NCBI GenBank assembly: GCA_965222115.1 | Contig: CBDCTJ010000005.1 | Coordinates: forward strand, 1-64,000 | DNA length: 64,000 nucleotides | Direction: 5' to 3' | Origin: Planctomycetota bacterium | Lineage (GTDB): Bacteria; Planctomycetota; PLA2; JAEUHO01 | Shown: positions 19,804 through 30,172 of the stretch, piece by piece | Numbering within the stretch: the first letter of the stretch is position 1 | Layout of the letters: every line of letters starts with the position of its first letter | Program-made: the position numbers and the translations under genes | Notes under the pieces: model-generated | What the model was told of the DNA's origin: nothing | What the model saw: only the letters and a program-made list of their open reading frames with translations | Database searches by the model: none

Positions 19804-21948
19804 ATGCGTACCAAGACTCCACCGAGTGCTGTCAACATCCCCAGTGGCGTGAGCGCCGCCCAGAGTTATGGCGTAGACACCTTTAGCCTTGGGGAAATGC
19901 AAAAACGTCTTCCGCGCGCGACCTATGAGGCCATTCAAGCCACCATTCGATCCGGTGAACCGCTCGATACGAGTTATGCCGACGCGATTGCCGACGCCAT
20001 GCGCGAATGGGCCGTGGAGCGCGGCGCCACACACTTTACGCATTGGTTTCAACCACTTACGGGTGCTACGGCGGAAAAGCATGACGCGTTTCTTTCGCTA
20101 TCGGGCGGCCGCGCGCTGGAACGCTTTACCGGCAGCCAGTTGATTCAGGCCGAACCCGATGCGTCCTCATTTCCAAGTGGTGGTATTCGCAGCACCTTTG
20201 AAGCGCGGGGCTACACGGCCTGGGATCCCACCTCGCCAGCCTTTTTGGTCTACAACGATCTCGGCGCCACGCTCACCATTCCTTCTGTCTTCGTTTCCTA
20301 CACGGGCGAAGCGCTCGATCAAAAGACACCTATGTTGCGTTCCATGCGCGAACTCAGTCGCGCGGCCACGCGTGTGCTCACCCAAATGGGTCGTAAAGTC
20401 GAGAGCGTCGTCAGCACGCTTGGATGGGAACAAGAGTACTTCTTGATCCAGCGCGAATTCTTCGACGGTCGCCCCGACTTGGAAGTGTCGGGTCGCACGG
20501 TACTTGGCAACAGCCCGCCAAAGGGCCAGCAGTTGGAAGATAACTACTTTGGCTCCGTGGACGACACCGCACTCACCTTTATGGGCGAAGTCGAGTCCAT
20601 GGCGTGGAAACTCGGCATTCCGCTAAAGACACGCCACAACGAAGTTGCGCCGCACCAGTACGAAGCTGCGCCCATCTACCAAGCACTCAACGTGGCCGCC
20701 GACCAGAACCAACTCCTGATGGAAATCATGCGTCGCGTGGCGCGGCGACAGGACTTGGCGGTGCTCTTTCACGAGAAGCCGTTTGCGGGTGTCAACGGTT
20801 CGGGCAAGCACAACAACTGGTCGCTCGAAGACAGTACGGGCCGCAATCTTCTCGATCCGGGCACCAGCCCCCACCAAAACATCGAATTCTTGTTCTTCCT
20901 CACGGCTGTCGTGCGAGCGGTTCACAAACGCGCCGACCTCTTGCGCGCCTGCATTGCGAGCGTGGGCAACGATCATCGCTTGGGCGCCAACGAGGCTCCA
21001 CCTGCCATCATTAGCATTTTCCTCGGCTCCCGCATCAACGACATTATGGAGCTGCTGTTGGCCGGCAAAGAGGCTCCAGAAGAAGTTGAGGATTTCGTCA
21101 AGACCGGTCTCGCGGTACTCCCTGATGTCCGCAAAGACAACACCGACCGCAACCGCACCTCACCGTTTGCATTCACGGGCAACAAGTTCGAATTCCGTGC
21201 CGTGGGCTCCAATCAAAGCAATGCCATGCCCATGACCATTCTCAACTTGGCCGTGACCGAGGCCCTCGATCACATGAGTGGCCTGCTTGAGAAGCATCTC
21301 GCAAACGGCGAAGAGCTGACGCCCGCGGTTCTTGCCGTCGTGCACCAGGTCTATGCCGAGTCCAAGGCGATCGTCTTCAATGGCAACAACTACGGCGACG
21401 AATGGGTCAAGGAAGCCGCCGACCGCGGCCTCGCCAACGAACCCACCACCCCCGGCGCCCTCAAGGCCTACGCCAACGCCGACAACCAAGCACTCTTCGC
21501 AAAGTACAACGTCTTGCAACCCCGCGAGGTCCACGCGCGTTACACCATCTGCCTCGAACGCTACAACCGCATGCTCGAAATCGAAGCCGTGCAAATGCTC
21601 CGCATGGTCAAGACCGGCGCCTTGCCTGCCGCCTATCACCAACAGGCGGTCATGGCGAACGCCTATGACAAGGTCAAGGAGTGCGGCATCGAAGTCACCG
21701 ACGACCAGAAGTCGGAACTCGCGGCCTACACCAAACTGATCGGCGAGACGATTCAAGCCCTCAACGGCCTGCGTGCAGCACTTCGCAACGCACCGGACCA
21801 TGACGACGAACCCGCATTCGCCGAGCACGGCGCCAGCGTGATTGTCCCAGCCATGGATGCACTACGGACGTGTACGGATACGCTGGAGCGGCGTACGGAT
21901 GAGGACCTGTGGCCGTATCCGAACTATCACGCCATGTTGTTTCAGTAG
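19804..21948 (+). CDS. glnN: Glutamine synthetase type III
   Basis: THWFQPLTG..AEKHD, EPDASSFPSGG.RSTFEARGYTAWD, HNEVAP.Q.E, HEKPFAGVNGSGKHNNWS, RLGANEAPPAI, DRNRTSPFAFTGNKFEFRAVGS. Confidence 0.96.
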   Translation: MRTKTPPSAVNIPSGVSAAQSYGVDTFSLGEMQKRLPRATYEAIQATIRSGEPLDTSYADAIADAMREWAVERGATHFTHWFQPLTGATAEKHDAFLSLSGGRALERFTGSQLIQAEPDASSFPSGGIRSTFEARGYTAWDPTSPAFLVYNDLGATLTIPSVFVSYTGEALDQKTPMLRSMRELSRAATRVLTQMGRKVESVVSTLGWEQEYFLIQREFFDGRPDLEVSGRTVLGNSPPKGQQLEDNYFGSVDDTALTFMGEVESMAWKLGIPLKTRHNEVAPHQYEAAPIYQALNVAADQNQLLMEIMRRVARRQDLAVLFHEKPFAGVNGSGKHNNWSLEDSTGRNLLDPGTSPHQNIEFLFFLTAVVRAVHKRADLLRACIASVGNDHRLGANEAPPAIISIFLGSRINDIMELLLAGKEAPEEVEDFVKTGLAVLPDVRKDNTDRNRTSPFAFTGNKFEFRAVGSNQSNAMPMTILNLAVTEALDHMSGLLEKHLANGEELTPAVLAVVHQVYAESKAIVFNGNNYGDEWVKEAADRGLANEPTTPGALKAYANADNQALFAKYNVLQPREVHARYTICLERYNRMLEIEAVQMLRMVKTGALPAAYHQQAVMANAYDKVKECGIEVTDDQKSELAAYTKLIGETIQALNGLRAALRNAPDHDDEPAFAEHGASVIVPAMDALRTCTDTLERRTDEDLWPYPNYHAMLFQ

Positions 21949-21975
21949 AACCGTTCAAACAACCAACCCACCTAC

Positions 21976-22223
21976 CCGAAGCTGAATCTGAATCCTTCGC
22001 CGGATCTGTTTCTTTGATGGACAAGGAACTTCACCAAATCAGTCGCGATTCGGGGTTCCACCCAATGGCGTCCCACTTCACGATTGAATTTCCGAAAAGA
22101 ACACGCTCAGCCCGCGCCCATGCACGTGCGTTAGCAATCAGTGTTCAGATCTCGCACTCCTTAGAGTCGCAAAGCCCAACCTCAAAGATACAGGTCAGGA
22201 AACAGATTGAGATTCAGCTTCGG
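21976..22223. repeat. 248-bp intergenic element bounded by imperfect 42-bp inverted repeats
   Basis: CCGAAGCTGAATCTGAATCCTTCGCCGGATCTGTTTCTTTGA at 21976-22017 matches the reverse complement of 22182-22223 (CCGAAGCTGAATCTCAATCTGTTTCCTGACCTGTATCTTTGA) at 34 of 42 positions. Confidence 0.7.
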
Positions 22224-22564
22224 AAAAGGGAGCCCATTGGCAAGCTCGATCGGGTGCCTAACTCCGCGAAGCATCCCTCAAGCGATGAACCTTCCTCACG
22301 GAAAGCCGCGTCATCGAGTGCTTCTGGCCCTTGTTGTTGCGGCCCTTTTTGGTCTTGCCACGCTTGCTGCCACCGCGGGTGTTTTTCTGAGGCTTGGGCA
22401 CGGTGGTCTCCTAGGGGCTCGGCACGTCCCCCATCGGGACGCGCGCGCGGCTGGCGAACGCGAGACTGTACGAGATGAGGTGCTCAACCCACGCGAATTT
22501 TCATAGGTCCATGCCCCCCAGATTAAATCGCCGAATGCGTGGTCCGATATGGCAAGGTCGGGCG

Positions 22565-23710
22565 ATGAGGACCTCTGCCCGTCAGTTTCGCTGGCTCTCT
22601 CGCGCGCGAGCCAGCGCCCTCCTCGTGTCGCTGGCGATTGCACTCCCGGGGTGCGTTAGTCCGAAACGTTGTTGCTGCCAGCCACATAGAAACGTCGTTG
22701 CTTCCCCTGCGACCCCGGTCGCGGGCCCAACATGGACCTACGATGCACCCGCGATCTGCGCGCCGATGGCGAGCGCGATCCCAGTTCCCCCCATTGCCTA
22801 TTTGTCCCCGATCGTTACCTACCCCATGTCGCAAACTTCTCCCACGCTCCGACACCCCCACGCGCCGCCTCACGGTCTGTTCTACGGATCGGACGGACGC
22901 ATCGCAACATTGCACGACGTATTGCTCGACGCCTCGGGGGCCGACCTCGTTGCCTTTGGTGAGCTACATGGTCACGACGTGGGTGCCGCCTATCAATACG
23001 ACTTGCTTGACGCGCTCTATCGCACAGGGCGACCTCTCGCTCTTGCCATGGAGTTCTTTGAACGCGATACACAGGCCGTACTCGACCAGTATTTGCGCGG
23101 TGAAATCGACGTCCTGGAACTCAAGAAACGCGCGCGGCAAGGCGCGGCCTACGATCGTACGCATGGTCCATTGATCGACTATTGCAAGCAGCGCGGCATT
23201 CCCGTGATCGCTGCCAATGCCCCGCGTCGCTTAGTAACCGGCTATCGCAAGTCCGGTCTTAGCTACAACGAATACCTCGCCTCGCTCAGCGATGAAGATC
23301 GCGGTTGGCTTCCACGCTCAACCACGACACCCAACGACGCCTATCGCGATCGATTCGTTTCATTCATGGGGGAAGAACGCGGCGCGGCCATTTTCAAATC
23401 GCAGGCACTCTGGGACGACGCGATGGCGGAAGCCGTTACCGACTTCAAGAACGAACACCCCAATCACCGCGTGCTACTCATCGTCGGTGGATTCCACGTC
23501 ACGGGCGGACTCGGCACGCTCACCAAGTACAAGCAACGCCGCACAAGCGACTCGATACTCACGGTGCTGATGGACCACGCCAGCGACAAAGCCAAGCCAC
23601 CAGCTTGGAATCCTGATGCCAAGGACACCGCGGAATACCTCCTCATGGTTCACCCCCAGCCCCGCCCCAAACCCAAAGGCACACCCAAGGCCGACAAGCC
23701 CGCCCACTAG
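22565..23710 (+). CDS. ChaN family (heme-uptake, EreA/ChaN/Tiki fold) lipoprotein
   Basis: Lipobox LPG|C; VAFGELHG, LAMEFFER..Q..LD.Y, PVIAANAPR, QALWDDAMA, GGFHV. Confidence 0.85.
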   Translation: MRTSARQFRWLSRARASALLVSLAIALPGCVSPKRCCCQPHRNVVASPATPVAGPTWTYDAPAICAPMASAIPVPPIAYLSPIVTYPMSQTSPTLRHPHAPPHGLFYGSDGRIATLHDVLLDASGADLVAFGELHGHDVGAAYQYDLLDALYRTGRPLALAMEFFERDTQAVLDQYLRGEIDVLELKKRARQGAAYDRTHGPLIDYCKQRGIPVIAANAPRRLVTGYRKSGLSYNEYLASLSDEDRGWLPRSTTTPNDAYRDRFVSFMGEERGAAIFKSQALWDDAMAEAVTDFKNEHPNHRVLLIVGGFHVTGGLGTLTKYKQRRTSDSILTVLMDHASDKAKPPAWNPDAKDTAEYLLMVHPQPRPKPKGTPKADKPAH

Positions 23711-23802
23711 CGCGTATCCCCGCAGTCCCGCGACGCCCGCACAGTTCGTCCTTGACGACCTCCTCCACCGCTCGTACCGTTTCGCCCCTCCACAAACATC
23801 GT

Positions 23803-23879
23803 GCCGACGTAGCTCAGCTGGTTAGAGCACAGGCTTCATAAGCCTGGGGTCGCTGGTTCAAGTCCAGCCGTCGGTACCA
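23803..23879 (+). tRNA. tRNA with CAT anticodon (probably elongator tRNA-Met; Ile2 not excluded)
   Basis: 77-nt cloverleaf: acceptor stem GCCGACG/CGTCGGT, D arm GCTC..GAGC, anticodon arm CAGGC-TTCATAA-GCCTG, T arm GCTGG-TTCAAGT-CCAGC, 3' ACCA. It lacks the initiator C1:A72 mismatch and the GGG/CCC stem. Confidence 0.95.
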
Positions 23880-24558
23880 CGACCGAACAGTTGCCGTTTC
23901 GAACGGCGTACTGCACGTTGGATGCTCGGCCCTGCACCACGTGAATCGGGCTTGCGTAGAAGACTACGCGGCGCCTCCTCACGCGGCACATTGCCTTCGC
24001 CCCAACGCGCCGGTTGCGAGCGGGCGGTTTACGGAGACTGTGGCTTGAGAACTTGCTTGATTGGTAAAATCTCAGGAGGGCGATATCGAACGTCCAAGCG
24101 ACTTTATGAGGCTGCAGATCAAACGCGCTACTGAAAGCTCGGCATACGCGCGCCATAGATATCGTTGATTGCGCTTAGATCTATCGCGTTGGTGATCTTT
24201 GAAGTTGCCCGCGTTAGCGAAGACGAAGGCCGCTGACACCATGGGCGTACTTGGACGCGCCAAAGACGGCTTGACCGGCCCGCGTACTCTGGATTCGATC
24301 GATGAGCTTGTGTGCCCTTGCCCTGCTGGGAATCACGATAGCCTAGCGAACGCACTGCGGCGTTCACAAAGACGCGCCTTAAAATGGTCTCCAGGCGAGG
24401 CGGATGTCGGATAGAAGTACCACATGCTGGAATTTGACGTGACCCGTCCTCCCTCAAGAACCTACAGGACTTAATCGCCCTGTTCCCGATCGAACGGCAA
24501 GCGGAGCCGGATGCTTTGCTTAGTGGGGAGTTGGGGAAAGATCACACGGTGGGAACCA

Positions 24559-25365
24559 ATGAACAAGTTCAGTAGCATCGTCTTCGGCGAGATTCCTCAA
24601 CCACAGAGCATGAGGGAGCTGTTGTCGCTGGTCGCTGATTTCGTGCCAGAGGAGCGATCAAGAGTTCGTATTTGGAGAGGTCAGGGCGATGTCTCCTGGC
24701 CGGTACACAGCACGGCTTACCGGCGGATAGCGAGGGAACGAAACTCCGTAAACGAACGTTCAGTACAACAATACGAACAGCAACTGTTATCCGAGGCAAC
24801 TCACAGGGGATATCGATTCGAGCCAAGCACAGGCAGGCGACTCAGCGACTTTGAACTACTCGCACTACTGCGGCATTATGGCGCTGCTACAAGATTCGTG
24901 GATGGAAGTCAGAGCGCACTCGTAGCTCTTTGGTTCGCGGCAATCGACATGCCAGAACGCGTAGGCGCACTGATTGGGGTGCACAGTTCATGGGTTGGCG
25001 GGCACGAAGGCGGATTCTGGACTCTGGCTGACCCATACGATAAGCAAATGAAGTACTTCGAAAGGCAGGATCACGGGTATCCACAAACGGTTGAACCACC
25101 AAATGTCACACCGAGGGCTGCTGCCCAACACTCGCAATTCTTGTTTAGTCCTGTCTCGATGAACCCGAGAGGCAGCTTAGCACTGCCAGACAAGGATGGC
25201 GCCACGCTCGTAGTCGCTATCACGCCGGAGCTAAAGAAGGCCGCGATCGACGACCTTGAGGCTCTGTACAGCATTCGCAGCACGACCCTCTTTCCAGACT
25301 TACCTGGATTCGCAATGTCTCATGGTCCAGACAAGAGCAGGAGAGAGTTCATGAGATGGGCTTAG
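24559..25365 (+). CDS. FRG domain-containing protein
   Basis: IWRGQGD..W, LRHYGAATRFVD....LVALWFA, R..AQ.S.F, and C-terminal I...TLFPDL.G. Confidence 0.9.
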   Translation: MNKFSSIVFGEIPQPQSMRELLSLVADFVPEERSRVRIWRGQGDVSWPVHSTAYRRIARERNSVNERSVQQYEQQLLSEATHRGYRFEPSTGRRLSDFELLALLRHYGAATRFVDGSQSALVALWFAAIDMPERVGALIGVHSSWVGGHEGGFWTLADPYDKQMKYFERQDHGYPQTVEPPNVTPRAAAQHSQFLFSPVSMNPRGSLALPDKDGATLVVAITPELKKAAIDDLEALYSIRSTTLFPDLPGFAMSHGPDKSRREFMRWA

Positions 25366-25477
25366 AAATTCTCGGCCCAACGATGGGGCCAGGTGGAAGA
25401 TCAGGCGGCTTAGATCAACTAGCAACCCACGCCCGGAGTCCGCCAAGTTTCGATGAACCGACTACAGTCCAAGCCTC

Positions 25478-26803
25478 CTACTCGGCCGAGCAAACCTGCA
25501 GATGAAAGAAATTTGCTCCAGCCACGGTGAACTCACCTGCGGCATTCTGATCAAACACGGATAGATAGCAACGAGAGCCTGCAACCAAAGTGCTTGCAGG
25601 TATGGAGGCTTGCAGGGTTGTCGAATTTACGTATGTCGTGCTTAGCATGACTTGTTCGTCGTCAGGGTCTCGCATCCATACGCGCGAGTCAGCACTAAAG
25701 CCATGACCTGCAATGACCAGGGTCTCGGCGACGCCCTCTTCGACCTGTGAAGGTGACACGGCAAGAATAGTAGGACCTTCCGGCCATACGATTCGGACTG
25801 AACGGTTGCTTGCACCTGACTTCTTGAGCGCTATTCGATCCCCCTTCGTTAGAGAACTGGAAAGCGAAATCGTTCCCTTCAGCGAAGCGGGCATCGTCAC
25901 AGATCCAAGGAGCGTGTCTTCCTGACCCTGTGCGTCTAGACTCCATGCCTCTACCACGTCGCCGGTCGCTCCACCCCCGAACGTGTAGTTAACTCTTAGG
26001 CTTAAGACTCCGGCCTGCGGCGGGATGCCTAACCGGGGAGGCGCGTCACTCTGATCGTGAATCGTCTCTTGATCCGCTAGGCCATCGAGGTCAGTGTCCG
26101 CGTACTCACGAAAGGTGACGGGCGCGTGGAAAGACACCTCATTGGGGGATTCAATCTGAAAAACTTGCACAGTTGGTACAGATCCATCACCTCCGTAAAC
26201 TGCTCGCGCGTCAAGCAGATAAGCGAAGTCTTGTGATCGGACGATGGGCGAGCTATCCCATGAATCCTCCCATCCATCCTGGTCTGTATCTTCGAATACG
26301 AACACGTCCTGACAACGCCGATCCAGAAGATACAGCGTGCCGTCGCGCCCCGCCGAAATCGACGTCACATAGGACTTTCTCGTGCCAGAATCTGCCAAGC
26401 TTGTCACGGTACTAGCGTCGGGGAGCCAGTCGCCATCCGTGTCATGGACTCGATAAATCGTACACTGCTCAGTCGTACGATCTACTACCGACAATAGCAC
26501 GTAGAGTATACCGTTCACCTTGCGCGGGCGTGCAGCCAATATAGCGCTATTCGCAAAGTTGATACTCGAGCTATTGCCTTGATAGAAGAACTTGGCCTCC
26601 GAGCTGCTGGGCGCGATGCGCAAAATCGAACGTGTAAAGAGCACTTCCGTCAGCAGGACTTCAGGGATAGTAGTCAGTACGACGGGCGAGTTGTTGGCAA
26701 CCGGCGGCAGGGAAGGAGAGCCGTCACTCAGTACTGACCGGTCTCCACCGCAACCACTCAGCAAAACGAAACATGCTAGAAACGAGAGCTTCCTGACATC
26801 CAT
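25478..26803 (-). CDS. Lipoprotein with DxDxDG motifs and a C-terminal IPT/TIG domain (paralog of 35808..37124)
   Basis: Lipobox LSG|C; DTDGDWLPD, DTDQDGWED and DTDLDGLAD; LDRRCQDV; PTILAVSPS...GHGF...YVNSTTL. Confidence 0.75.
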   Translation of the reverse strand: MDVRKLSFLACFVLLSGCGGDRSVLSDGSPSLPPVANNSPVVLTTIPEVLLTEVLFTRSILRIAPSSSEAKFFYQGNSSSINFANSAILAARPRKVNGILYVLLSVVDRTTEQCTIYRVHDTDGDWLPDASTVTSLADSGTRKSYVTSISAGRDGTLYLLDRRCQDVFVFEDTDQDGWEDSWDSSPIVRSQDFAYLLDARAVYGGDGSVPTVQVFQIESPNEVSFHAPVTFREYADTDLDGLADQETIHDQSDAPPRLGIPPQAGVLSLRVNYTFGGGATGDVVEAWSLDAQGQEDTLLGSVTMPASLKGTISLSSSLTKGDRIALKKSGASNRSVRIVWPEGPTILAVSPSQVEEGVAETLVIAGHGFSADSRVWMRDPDDEQVMLSTTYVNSTTLQASIPASTLVAGSRCYLSVFDQNAAGEFTVAGANFFHLQVCSAE

Positions 26804-26969
26804 GACTTGATTCCAATGGTGTTGAACTCGCTTAGCCATGGTGACCTCCCTAGGCATTATGGTCCCGTATAGAGGTGTCCACCAGGGATGAGTAAGTTCA
26901 GCAGCATGCTCCCCGAACTTGATCGAACTCGCGTGTTCTTGAGCATCTGGCACAGTAGGATAAATGAAC

Positions 26970-27884
26970 ATGAGTCGACCGCTTCTGCTCCTGCTAACAC
27001 TCACCGCCGCCAGTTGGCTTTGCTTGATGCTGTTCCAGGTTGACGACGGCAATCCTCTACACCCTGCGCCAGTTGAACCCGTGCGTGATCAAACTCATGC
27101 CACTCTCGGGCAAGAACAAGTTCTTGTGACCGCGCCGCAATTGAAGCCGTCACTTCGGAAAGATGTTGGCGGATCCAGTGGATTCACTACCCGCCGTTGG
27201 CGTATGGGGCAGAGTGATTCGTCGACGAAGATCGCAGTGGGCGGCTACTTCAGAGGCAAACTTCCCAAGGCCCCGCGATACGTGATCAGGAATATCAAGG
27301 AACTCGTGTATTGGCTCAAGCTCAATGACGCGCAGCGGGAAAGGGCAACGCGAATACTTGCTGAAGCTCGCGAGGCGTTGGAATCGTTGGAGCTGGTGGA
27401 GAATCGAGATGGAGTGAGCATGCGACTGCTGACGCGCTGGGCGACGGAAGAGTGGGTGCGAGTAGGAGTAGAGGCTAGGTCGGATGCTGGTGCTTGGCAC
27501 GAGGGCTTATTCACCAAGTCGTCAGAGCTGAACAAGATTCATCGTGAAACGCGAGCCTTTGAGAACGAAGCGATTCCGAGCATGGGAGAGTCGTTTATCG
27601 GTGCAACTACGCGCGTACGGCGCAAGGCGCATGAAAAGATCGCCGACTTACTTTCGCCCGAGCAGAAGACGTCTTGGCTCAATGCGGTTACTGTAGATTC
27701 GCTTCCGTGGGCATACGGACTTACCAATCTGTCGGGGCTCTCCCCAATGGGCGATGAACGCAGATCGCTCGATGACATTCTTGCTGGCTTCCGTGCCGAG
27801 ATCGAGGAGATGCGTCAAGAGACTAACAAGTTCGCGGAACTCGCACGAGCACAGCTTCGAGATGACGTTCACGAAGCCCAATAA
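26970..27884 (+). CDS. Hypothetical membrane-anchored helical protein
   Basis: N-terminal TM segment; LKLNDAQR and LLSPEQK motifs reminiscent of Spy/CpxP LTxxQ repeats. Confidence 0.6.
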   Translation: MSRPLLLLLTLTAASWLCLMLFQVDDGNPLHPAPVEPVRDQTHATLGQEQVLVTAPQLKPSLRKDVGGSSGFTTRRWRMGQSDSSTKIAVGGYFRGKLPKAPRYVIRNIKELVYWLKLNDAQRERATRILAEAREALESLELVENRDGVSMRLLTRWATEEWVRVGVEARSDAGAWHEGLFTKSSELNKIHRETRAFENEAIPSMGESFIGATTRVRRKAHEKIADLLSPEQKTSWLNAVTVDSLPWAYGLTNLSGLSPMGDERRSLDDILAGFRAEIEEMRQETNKFAELARAQLRDDVHEAQ

Positions 27885-28058
27885 CTAAGTCCGCTGCAAG
27901 TCTGCTGGATCGAAACACATCGGGAAGTTGGATGTTTCTGGATCCCTGCGCGGGCAATCGGTGCGATGCATTGGGCAATCTGCTTGGAATCATCGTTGGT
28001 AAAGGGCTACGCTACGGGCGTTGCGCCGGCAAAACGGGCACAGCGACGAGGAGAAGTC

Positions 28059-28802
28059 ATGCCACGACGGAATTCTGGTGACGGGAAGAGGCCGGTACGT
28101 CGGTCGAGTGCAGGACGGTCGCGTAGAGCCGCGCCTCGGTCATCACGGGGAGATCGCGCTTCTACAAGCCACAGGGCCTCGAGTCGCGGTACGTCGGGGC
28201 GAGGGACGAGTGAAGGTCGTAGCGCGGCAGGAAGGCGCGCAGCGCCGCGCGTCGCTAGAAGGCGGTCAAAACTCAATCGGGACGTAGTGCACCCAAAGCT
28301 ACCCATCTTCCGTTACATCGGTGCCGCACTTGTGATCATTGGTGCGTTCCTTCCCTGGATTAGCATTGGTGTATTTACGATTGCTGGATTTGTATTTTGG
28401 CACGGCAAAGTTGCTGGTGCTGCCGCCGGGCTGGCGATTCTCACTACGGCGATCATGCACGGTTCGCCTCGGCGCGATGCAATCAAAACGGCGCGCACGT
28501 TCGCAGTCGCGGCAGGCGTCGTCGCACTGTTCCTCTGTCTCTACGCCCTAAAGCAAGTAACGGACGCCGGCAGTTTAGCGGCGATCAGATTCGCTGAGCA
28601 TAGCGATGGTGAATTATCTCCTTTGGGTATCGATCGCGATTCTGGTGCCTGGGGTCTCGTTGGCATCGGCCTCTACATTTCGCTTGCGGGCTGCGCCATG
28701 TTGACCCTTGCCGCGCTTGTCGAGCCGGTCATTAGGAAGACTGACTCGCATGATCGCCGTGATCGCTCTCGCGATGATTATGACGACTACGACGATGAGT
28801 AG
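28059..28802 (+). CDS. Four-TM membrane protein with Arg/Ser-rich N-tail (paralog 1)
   Basis: RYIG...IGAFLPWISIG; four hydrophobic helices; GLY.....L.AA..EPVI; GAGGAG SD. Confidence 0.75.
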   Translation: MPRRNSGDGKRPVRRSSAGRSRRAAPRSSRGDRASTSHRASSRGTSGRGTSEGRSAAGRRAAPRVARRRSKLNRDVVHPKLPIFRYIGAALVIIGAFLPWISIGVFTIAGFVFWHGKVAGAAAGLAILTTAIMHGSPRRDAIKTARTFAVAAGVVALFLCLYALKQVTDAGSLAAIRFAEHSDGELSPLGIDRDSGAWGLVGIGLYISLAGCAMLTLAALVEPVIRKTDSHDRRDRSRDDYDDYDDE

Positions 28803-29397
28803 CGACGATGTGTCACCACACGGCAGACGAGAGTCGGAAGCGCTAGACTCAGCCCCACACCCACGAGCGAATCAAGGCAGTCGCAGAGTTCACGCGCCGG
28901 TTCGCCGATCGCGCCTCATCCGACCGGAACCGACACCGAAGTGGCGTTACATTGGCGGATTCTTGGTTGTAGCGGGATGCTTTCTTCCGTGGGTGAGTAT
29001 CGGGACATCGTCGTCGAAGATCGGATTGAACTTTCTTGAAGGCTTTCTTTGTCTAGCAGCTGCAGGCTCTGCGCTGCTTCTTACGCTCTCGGCCGATCGC
29101 TCGCGCCGCATCGATGCGATGAAGAACTCACGTTTCGTTTCCATCGGGGCGGGCCTGGTCTGCATCGTGGCACCACTCGTTGCCATTCCTCGCTTGAAGG
29201 CGTTGGGCAAAGAGGTGACGGATCTGGTGAATGAGTTACGGCGCGCGTTACCCGACCTCACAACGGAGTCACCAATCGCTCAACTTGAAGCCGAGATTCG
29301 ATTCGGCCTGTATCTCACGATTGCCGGCGGCGTAATGTTGTTACTTGCAGCGATTTTTGAGCCGGTAATCCCGCGTCAAGAAGATCGGGCGCGCTGA
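28795..29397 (+). CDS. Four-TM membrane protein (paralog 2)
   Basis: RYIG...AGCFLPWVSIG; R.DA.K..R; GLYLTIAGG..LLAAIFEPVI. The start overlaps the upstream stop. Confidence 0.75.
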   Translation: MSSDDVSPHGRRESEALDSAPHPRANQGSRRVHAPVRRSRLIRPEPTPKWRYIGGFLVVAGCFLPWVSIGTSSSKIGLNFLEGFLCLAAAGSALLLTLSADRSRRIDAMKNSRFVSIGAGLVCIVAPLVAIPRLKALGKEVTDLVNELRRALPDLTTESPIAQLEAEIRFGLYLTIAGGVMLLLAAIFEPVIPRQEDRAR

Positions 29398-29480
29398 CTC
29401 GAACGTACGTACCAATTTGAAGAGACACGCCCCCAGAGCGGGAGCGTGTCTGGACTACGCTTGCTTTACGACAAGTCGAA

Positions 29481-30095
29481 CTACGGGCGCAACCAGCATC
29501 CAGAGAACGTTGTGTATCGTCCATTGACATTGGACGCCCACAGTTCTACGCTGGTTCCGAATGTTACCTCGGGCCAAACGATCTCTCCTGCCGTAAGGCG
29601 AACAACAATCGTCGTGCTTGCGGACGTCTCATCAGCATCTACGTCGGGATGATAATCCCACACCGCCGCAAGATTCGACCCGCCGCTCTTCTTGATCGCA
29701 ATAGCACCTGAACTTATGAAGTTTGTCGAGAACGTAAGCAGATAGAGCCCCGAACGTTGGACAGTATAGCTTCCGTTAGCAGGATTGTAGCCGTTGCCCC
29801 CTTCATCGAGTGTTTCTTGGTTACAGATAACGTTGTCACCAACATTGTGAAGCCCCAACGAGTTGGCGTATGCGGAGAAGGCCGGGGCGCCGTCATGTGA
29901 GTCTAGTCGCGCATCGTTGTCATTGATCGCCGCCGCATGGGCAGCAAAGTTGGCGTTGACTTGAGAGGCCACCGCCATGGTGCCTCCCACAAACGTGTTG
30001 GGCGTGGCCACGCTACTTGCGTACGTCACGCCAATGCCCACAAGGGCGAGAGGGACGACCAGCATGCCGAGAATAAACTTGTTGTTGGACTTCAT
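29481..30095 (-). CDS. Secreted C1q-domain protein (cassette copy A)
   Basis: CAGGAG SD; signal peptide; PNTFVGGTMAVASQVNANF plus short coiled coil; C1q signatures PAFSA, YNPANGSY....SGLY...F, SASTTIVVRLTAGE.VW and TTFSG. Confidence 0.85.
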   Translation of the reverse strand: MKSNNKFILGMLVVPLALVGIGVTYASSVATPNTFVGGTMAVASQVNANFAAHAAAINDNDARLDSHDGAPAFSAYANSLGLHNVGDNVICNQETLDEGGNGYNPANGSYTVQRSGLYLLTFSTNFISSGAIAIKKSGGSNLAAVWDYHPDVDADETSASTTIVVRLTAGEIVWPEVTFGTSVELWASNVNGRYTTFSGCWLRP

Positions 30096-30172
30096 CGTAA
30101 TCTCCTGAATTCTGAGTTTCTTAGTGACTTGATTGATTTGGAATGGGGTTGATTGATTGAACGCGACTCGGG

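Noticed and set aside
22207-22506. Small TM ORF upstream of the ChaN gene
   Set aside because: It has one hydrophobic stretch but no clear SD or recognisable family, so it cannot be supported.
23880-24510. Integrase or att site after the tRNA
   Set aside because: No recombinase motifs appear in any frame, and I saw no second copy of the tRNA 3' end by eye.
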